Assembly: GCF_009914755.1 (NCBI RefSeq) | Contig: NC_060925.1 | Source: the human T2T-CHM13v2.0 reference genome, Homo sapiens | Length of the DNA: 64,000 bases | Direction: 5' to 3' (one strand) | Part shown: in pieces, positions 56,139 through 64,000 of the stretch | Numbering within the stretch: the stretch's first letter is position 1 | Layout of the letters: the number at the start of each line of letters is the position of its first letter | Notes under the pieces: model-generated | Told to the model about the DNA's origin: nothing | The model's input: only the letters and a program-made list of their open reading frames with translations | Databases searched by the model: none | Position numbers and translations under genes: made by a program

Positions 56139-59100
56139 ATGGAATCGTCATCGAATGAATTGACTGCAATCATCGAATGGTCTCGAATGGAATCATCTTA
56201 AAATGGAATGGAATGGAATCATCGCATAGAATCGAATGGAATTATCATCGAATGGAATCGAATGGAATCAACATCAAACGGAAAAAAACGGAATTATCGA
56301 ATGGAATCGAAGAGAATCATCGAATGGACCCGAATGGAATCATCTAATGGAATGGAATGGAATAATCCATGGACTCGAATGCAATCATCATCGAATGGAA
56401 TCGAATGGAATCATCGAATGGACTCGAATGGAATAATCATTGAACGGAATCGAATGGAATCATCATCGGATGGAAATGAATGGAATCATCATCGAATGGA
56501 ATCGAATAGAATTATGGAATGAAATCCAGTGTGATCATCATCGAATGGACCCGAATGGAATCATCATCCAACGGAAGCTAATGGAATCAACATCGAATGA
56601 ATCGAATGGAAACACCATCGAATTGAAACGAATGGAATTATCATGAAATTGAAATGGATGGACTCATCATCGGATGGATTCGAATGGAATCATCGAATAA
56701 AATTGATTGAAATCATCATCCAATGGAATCGAATGGTATCATTGAATGGAATCGAATGGAATCATCATCAGATGGAAATGAATGGAATCGTCATAGAATG
56801 GAATCGAATGGATTCATTGAATGGAATCAGATGGAATCATCGAATGGACTGGAATGGAATCATTGAATGGACTCGAAAGGGATCATGATTGAATGGAATT
56901 GAATGGAATCATCGAATGGTCTCGATTGGAATCATTATCAAATGGAATCGAATGGAATCACCGAATAGAATCGAATGGAACAATCATCGAATGGACTCAA
57001 ATGGAATTATCCTCCAATGGAATCGAATGGAATTATCGAATGCAATCGAATGGAATTATCGAATGCAATCGAATAGAATCATCGAATGGACTCGAATGGA
57101 ATCATCGAATGGAATGGAATGGAACAGTCAATGAACTCGAATGGAATCATCATTGAATGGAATCGAATGGAATCATCGAGTGGAATCGAATGGAATTATG
57201 ATCAAATGCAATCGAATGTAATCCTCATCAAATGGAATCAAAAATAACCATCATCAATTGGTATTGAATGGAATTGTCATCAAATGGAATTCAAAGGAAT
57301 CATCATCAAATGGAACCGAATGGAATCCTCATTGAATGGAAATGAAAGTGGTCATCATCTAATGGAATCGCATGGAATCATCATCAAATGGAATCGAATG
57401 GAATCATCATCAAATGGAATCTAATGGAATCATTGAACAGAATTGAATGGAATCGTCATCGAATGAATTGAATGCAATCATCGAATGGTCTCGAATGGAA
57501 TCATCTTCTAATGGAAAGGAATGGAATCATCGCATAGAATCGATTGGAATTATCATCGAATGGAATCGAATGGTATCAACACCAAACGGAAAAAAACGGA
57601 ATTATCGAATGGAATCGAAGAGAATCTTCGAACGGACCCGAATGGAATCATCTAATGGAATGGAATGGAATAATCCATGGACTCGAATGCAATCATCATC
57701 GAATGGAATCGAATGGAATCATCGAATGGACTCGAATGGAATAATCATTGAACGGAATCGAATGGAATCATCATCGGATGGAAACGAATGGAATCATCAT
57801 CGAATGGAAATGAAAGGAGTCATCATCTAATGGAATTGCATGGAATCATCATAAAATGGAATCGAATGGAATCAACATCAAATGGAATCAAATGGAATCA
57901 TTGAACGGAATTGAATGGAATCGTCATCGAATGAATTGACTGCAATCATCCAATGGTCTCGAATGGAATCATCTTCAAATGGAATGGAATGGAATCATCG
58001 CATAGAATCGAATGGAATTATCATCGAATGGAATCGAATGGAATCAACATCAAACGGAAAAAAACGGAATTATCGAATGGAATCGAAGAGAATCATCGAA
58101 TGGACCCGAATGGAATCATCTAATGGAATGGAATGGAATAATCCATGGACTCGAATGCAATCATCATCGAATGGAATCGAATGGAATCATCGAATGGACT
58201 CGAATGGAATAATCATTGAACGGAATCGAATGGAATCATCATCGGATGGAAATGAATGGAATCATCATCGAATGGAATCGAATAGAATTATGGAATGAAA
58301 TCCAGTGTGATCATCATCGAATGGACCCGAATGGAATCATCATCCAACGGAAGCTAATGGAATCAACATCGAATGAATCAAATGGAAACACCATCGAATT
58401 GAAACGAATGGAATTATCATGAAATTGAAATGGATGGACTCATCATCGAATGGATTCGAATGGAATCATCGAATAAAATTGATTGAAATCATCATCGAAT
58501 GGAATCGAATGGTATCATTGAATGGAATCGAATGGAATCATCATCAGATGGAAATGAATGGAATCGTCATAGAATGGAATCGAATGGATTCATTGAATGG
58601 AATCAGATGGAATCATCGAATGGACTGGAATGGAATCATTGAATGGACTCGAAAGGGATCATTATTGAATGGAATTGAATGGAATCATCGAATGGTCTCG
58701 ATTGGAATCATTATCAAATGGAATCGAATGGAATCACCGAATAGAATCGAATGGAACAATCATCGAATGGACTCAAATGGAATTATCCTCCAATGGAATG
58801 GAATGGAATTATCGAATGCAATCGAATGGAATTATCGAATGCAATCGAATAGAATCATCGAATGGACTCGAATGGAATCATCGAATGGAATGGAATGGAA
58901 CAGTCAATGAACTCGAATGGAATCATCATTGAATGGAATCGAATGGAATCATCGAGTGGAATCGAATGGAATTATGATCAAATGGAATCGAATGTAATCA
59001 TCATCTAATGGAATCAAAAATAACCATCATCAATTGGTATTGAATGGAATTGTCATCAAATGGAATTCAAAGGAATCATCATCAAATGGAACCGAATGGA

Positions 59101-62100
59101 ATCCTCATTGAATGGAAATGAAAGGGGTCATCATCTAATGGAATCGCATGGAATCATCATCAAATGGAATCGAATGGAATCACCATCAAATGGAATCTAA
59201 TGGAATCATTGAACAGAATTGAATGGAATCGTCATCGAATGAATTGAATGCAATCATCGAATGGTCTCGAATGGATTCATCTTCTAATGAAAAGGAATGG
59301 AATCATCGCATAGAATCGAATGGAATTATCATCGAATGGAATCGAATGGTATCAACACCAAACGGAAAAAAACGGAATTATCGAATGGAATCGAAGAGAA
59401 TCTTCGAACGGACCCGAATGGAATCATCTAATGGAATGGAATGGAATAATCCATGGACTCGAATGCAATCATCATCGAATGGAATCGAATGGAATCATCG
59501 AATGGACTCGAATGGAATAATCATTGAACGGAATCGATTGGAATCATCATCGGATGGAAACGAATGGAATCATCATCGAATGGAAATGAAAGGAGTCATC
59601 ATCTAATGGAATTGCATGGAATCATCATAAAATGGAATCGAATGGAATCAACATCAAATGGAATCAAATGGAATCATTGAACGGAATTGAATGGAATCGT
59701 CATCGAATGAATTGACTGCAATCATCCAATGGTCTCGAATGGAATCATCTTCAAATGGAATGGAATGGAATCATCGCATAGAATCGAATGGAATTATCAT
59801 CGAATGGAATCGAATGGAATCAACATCAAACGGAAAAAAACGGAATTATCGAATGGAATCGAAGAGAATCATCGAATGGACCCGAATGGAATCATCTAAT
59901 GGAATGGAATGGAATAATCCATGGACTCGAATGCAATCATCATCGAATGGAATCGAATGGAATCATCGAATGGACTCGAATGGAATAATCATTGAACGGA
60001 ATCGAATGGAATCATCATCGGATGGAAATGAATGGAATCATCATCGAATGGAATCGAATAGAATTATGGAATGAAATCCAGTGTGATCATCATCGAATGG
60101 ACCCGAATGGAATCATCATCCAACGGAAGCTAATGGAATCAACATCGAATGAATCAAATGGAAACACCATCGAATTGAAACGAATGGAATTATCATGAAA
60201 TTGAAATGGATGGACTCATCATCGAATGGATTCGAATGGAATCATCGAATAAAATTGATTGAAATCATCATCGAATGGAATCGAATGGTATCATTGAATG
60301 GAATCGAATGGAATCATCATCAGATGGAAATGAATGGAATCGTCATAGAATGGAATCGAATGGATTCATTGAATGGAATCAGATGGAATCATCGAATGGA
60401 CTGGAATGGAATCATTGAATGGACTCGAAAGGGATCATGATTGAATGGAATTGAATGGAATCATCGAATGGTCTCGATTGGAATCATTATCAAATGGAAT
60501 CGAATGGAATCACCGAATAGAATCGAATGGAACAATCATCGAATGGACTCAAATGGAATTATCCTCCAATGGAATGGAATGGAATTATCGAATGCAATCG
60601 AATGGAATTATCGAATGCAATCGAATAGAATCATCGAATGGACTCGAATGGAATCATCGAATGGAATGGAATGGAACAGTCAATGAACTCGAATGGAATC
60701 ATCATTGAATGGAATCGAATGGAATCATCGAGTGGAATCGAATGGAATTATGATCAAATGGAATCGAATGTAATCATCATCAAATGGAATCAAAAATAAC
60801 CATCATCAATTGGTATTGAATGGAATTGTCATCAAATGGAATTCAAAGGAATCATCATCAAATGGAACCGAATGGAATCCTCATTGAATGGAAATGAAAG
60901 GGGTCATCATCTAATGGAATCGCATGGAATCATCATCAAATGGAATCGAATGGAATCACCATCAAATGGAATCTAATGGAATCATTGAACAGAATTGAAT
61001 GGAATCGTCATCGAATGAATTGAATGCAATCATCGAATGGTCTCGAATGGATTCATCTTCTAATGAAAAGGAATGGAATCATCGCATAGAATCGAATGGA
61101 ATTATCATCGAATGGAATCGAATGGTATCAACACCAAACGGAAAAAAACGGAATTATCGAATGGAATCGAAGAGAATCTTCGAACGGACCCGAATGGAAT
61201 CATCTAATGGAATGGAATGGAATAATCCATGGACTCGAATGCAATCATCATCGAATGGAATCGAATGGAATCATCGAATGGACTCGAATGGAATAATCAT
61301 TGAACGGAATCGATTGGAATCATCATCGGATGGAAACGAATGGAATCATCATCGAATGGAAATGAAAGGAGTCATCATCTAATGGAATTGCATGGAATCA
61401 TCATAAAATGGAATCGAATGGAATCAACATCAAATGGAATCAAATGGAATCATTGAACGGAATTGAATGGAATCGTCATCGAATGAATTGACTGCAATCA
61501 TCCAATGGTCTCGAATGGAATCATCTTCAAATGGAATGGAATGGAATCATCGCATAGAATCGAATGGAATTATCATCGAATGGAATCGAATGGAATCAAC
61601 ATCCAACGGAAAAAAACGGAATTATCGAATGGAATTGAAGAGAATCATCGAATGGACCCGAATGGAATCATGTAATGGAATGGAATGGAATAATCCATGG
61701 ACTCGAATGCAATCATCATCGAATGGAATCGAATGGAATCATCGAATGGACTCGAATGGAATAATCATTGAACGGAATCGAATGGAATCATCATCGGATG
61801 GAAATGAATGGAATCATCATCGAATGGAATCGAATAGAATTATGGAATGAAATCCAGTGTGATCATCATCGAATGGACCCGAATGGAATCATCATCCAAC
61901 GGAAGCTAATGGAATCAACATCGAATGAATCAAATGGAAACACCATCGAATTGAAACGAATGGAATTATCATGAAATTGAAATGGATGGACTCATCGTCG
62001 AATGGATTCGAATGGAATCATCGAATAAAATTGATTGAAATCATCATCGAATGGAATCGAATGGTATCATTGAATGGAATCGAATGGAATCATCATCAGA

Positions 62101-64000
62101 TGGAAATGAATGGAATCGTCATAGAATGGAATCGAATGGATTCATTGAATGGAATCAGATGGAATCATCGAATGGACTGGAATGGAATCATTGAATGGAC
62201 TCGAAAGGGATCATTATTGAATGGAATTGAATGGAATCATCGAATGGTCTCGATTGGAATCATTATCAAATGGAATCGAATGGAATCACCGAATAGAATC
62301 GAATGGAACAATCATCGAATGGACTCAAATGGAATTATCCTCAAATGGAATCGAATGGAATTATCGAATGCAATCGAATGGAATTATCGAATGCAATCGA
62401 ATAGAATCATCGAATGGACTCGAATGGAATCATCGAATGGAATGGAATGGAACAGTCAATGAACTCGAATGGAATCATCATTGAATGGAATCGAATGGAA
62501 TCATCGAGTGGAATCGAATGGAATTATGATCAAATGGAATCGAATGTAATCATCATCAAATGGAATCAAAAATAACCATCATCAATTGGTATTGAATGGA
62601 ATTGTCATCAAATGGAATTCAAAGGAATCATCATCAAATGGAACCGAATGGAATCCTCATTGAATGGAAATGAAAGGGGTCATCATCTAATGGAATCGCA
62701 TGGAATCATCATAAAATGGAATCGAATGAAATCAACATCAAATGGAATCAAATGGAATCATTGAACGGAATTGAATGGAATCGTCATCGAATGAATTGGA
62801 TGCAATCATCGAATGGTCTCGAATGGAATCTTCTTCAAATGGAATGGAATGGAATCATCGCATAGAATCGAATGGAATTATCATCGAATTTAATCGAATG
62901 GAATCAACATCAAACGGAAAAAAACGGAATTATCGAATGGAATCGAAGAGAATCATCGAATGGACCCGAATGGAATCATATAATGGAATGGAATGGAATA
63001 ATCCATGGACTCGAATGCAATCATCATCGAATGGAATCGAATGGAATCATCGAATGGACTCGAATGGAATAATCATTGAACGGAATCGATTGGAATCATC
63101 ATCGGATGGAAACGAATGGAATCATCATCGAATGGAAATGAAAGGAGTCATCATCTAATGGAATTGCATGGAATCATCATAAAATGGAATCGAATGGAAT
63201 CAACATCAAATGGAATCAAATGGAATCATTGAACGGAATTGAATGGAATCGTCATCGAATGAATTGACTGCAATCATCCAATGGTCTCGAATGGAATCAT
63301 CTTCAAATGGAATGGAATGGAATCATCGCATAGAATCGAATGGAATTATCATCGAATGGAATCGAATGGAATCAACATCCAACGGAAAAAAACGGAATTA
63401 TCGAATGGAATCGAAGAGAATCATCGAATGGACCCGAATGGAATCATCTAATGGAATGGAATGGAATAATCCATGGACTCGAATGCAATCATCATCGAAT
63501 GGAATCGAATGGAATCATCGAATGGACTCGAATGGAATAATCATTGAACGGAATAGAATGGAATCATCATCGGATGGAAATGAATGGAATCATCATCGAA
63601 TGGAATCGAATACAATTATGGAATGAAATCCAGTGTGATCATCATCGAATGGACCCGAATGGAATCATCATCCAACGGAAGCTAATGGAATCAACATCGA
63701 ATGAATCAAATGGAAACACCATCGAATTGAAACGAATGGAATTATCATGAAATTGAAATGGATGGACTCATCATCGAATGGATTCGAAAGGAATCATCGA
63801 ATAAAATTGATTGAAATCATCATCGAATGGAATCGAATGGTATCATTGAATGGAATCGAATGGAATCATCATCAGATGGAAATGAATGGAATCGTCATAG
63901 AATGGAATCGAATGGATTCATTGAATGGAATCAGATGGAATCATCGAATGGACTGGAATGGAATCATTGAATGGACTCGAAAGGGATCATGATTGAATGG

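Larger units (their letters stand above)
1..64000 (+). repeat. Human satellite II (HSat2/HSATII) tandem array, GGAAT strand on +, dominant unit 1776 bp (chr1q12-type, probably HSat2A2)
   Basis: Continuous GAATG/GGAAT-derived sequence with ATCATCGAATGGAATCGAATGG motifs (reverse complement CATTCGATTCCATTCGATGAT, the HSat2 signature, unlike pure CATTC HSat3). Landmarks recur every 1776 bp (9314, 11090, 12866, 14642, 16418, 18194). One GAATTC per unit (e.g. 1193). Chromosome and subfamily assignment is from knowledge of the 1.77 kb unit. Confidence 0.97.

Noticed and set aside
55-63992. Hundreds of 60-163 aa ORFs (MESSSNG/IEWNHR-type), all on the + strand
   Set aside because: They are low-complexity translations of GGAAT/ATC repeats, recur with the unit period, overlap in several frames, and are freely broken by SNVs and indels. 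There is no domain, promoter or splice evidence. The strand bias reflects frequent ATG on + and frequent TGA on the - strand.
1-64000. CRISPR-like or repeat-spacer array
   Set aside because: There are no unique spacers, since all intervening sequence is itself repeated, and there are no cas genes. This is a eukaryotic satellite.
1-64000. Embedded transposon (Alu/L1), unique island or strand inversion
   Set aside because: No non-satellite stretch, poly-A tail or CATTC-oriented segment was seen on reading through, and the landmark spacings account for the full length.
1-64000. Transcription-factor platforms (TEAD-like GGAATG, DUX4-like TAATGGAATCA, heat-shock elements)
   Set aside because: Short or imperfect matches are inevitable in this repeat, the GAA units are mostly direct rather than inverted as a heat-shock element needs, and binding cannot be supported from sequence alone.

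Overview
The whole 64 kb window is one uninterrupted, single-orientation tandem array of human satellite II (HSat2/HSATII). It is built from diverged GGAAT pentamers with the (A)TCATCGAATGGAATCGAATGG motif. The dominant unit is 1776 bp with one EcoRI site per unit, which matches the ~1.77 kb HSat2 unit known from chromosome 1q12 pericentromeric heterochromatin. That chromosome assignment rests on prior knowledge, not on a search. Each unit has two related subunits: A (468 bp) and B (a paralogous head plus a tail, 1308 bp to the next A). I see no credible genes, RNA genes, transposons, CRISPR arrays or inversions, and all listed ORFs are translations of the satellite. I found no support for a novel biological system. 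What the sequence does show is array evolution: deletion-variant units (1063, 1133, 1285, 1307, 1327 bp) with junctions in internal homology, an emerging 4615-bp higher-order repeat at ~16-38 kb, a 3552-bp dimer periodicity at ~10-17 kb, a ~3.4 kb block duplicated 16,054 bp apart that carries a divergent 615-bp subunit with an internal 147-bp duplication, and A/B chimeric subunits. Unit lengths come from landmark spacing in the ORF track plus reading by eye, so boundaries are approximate.
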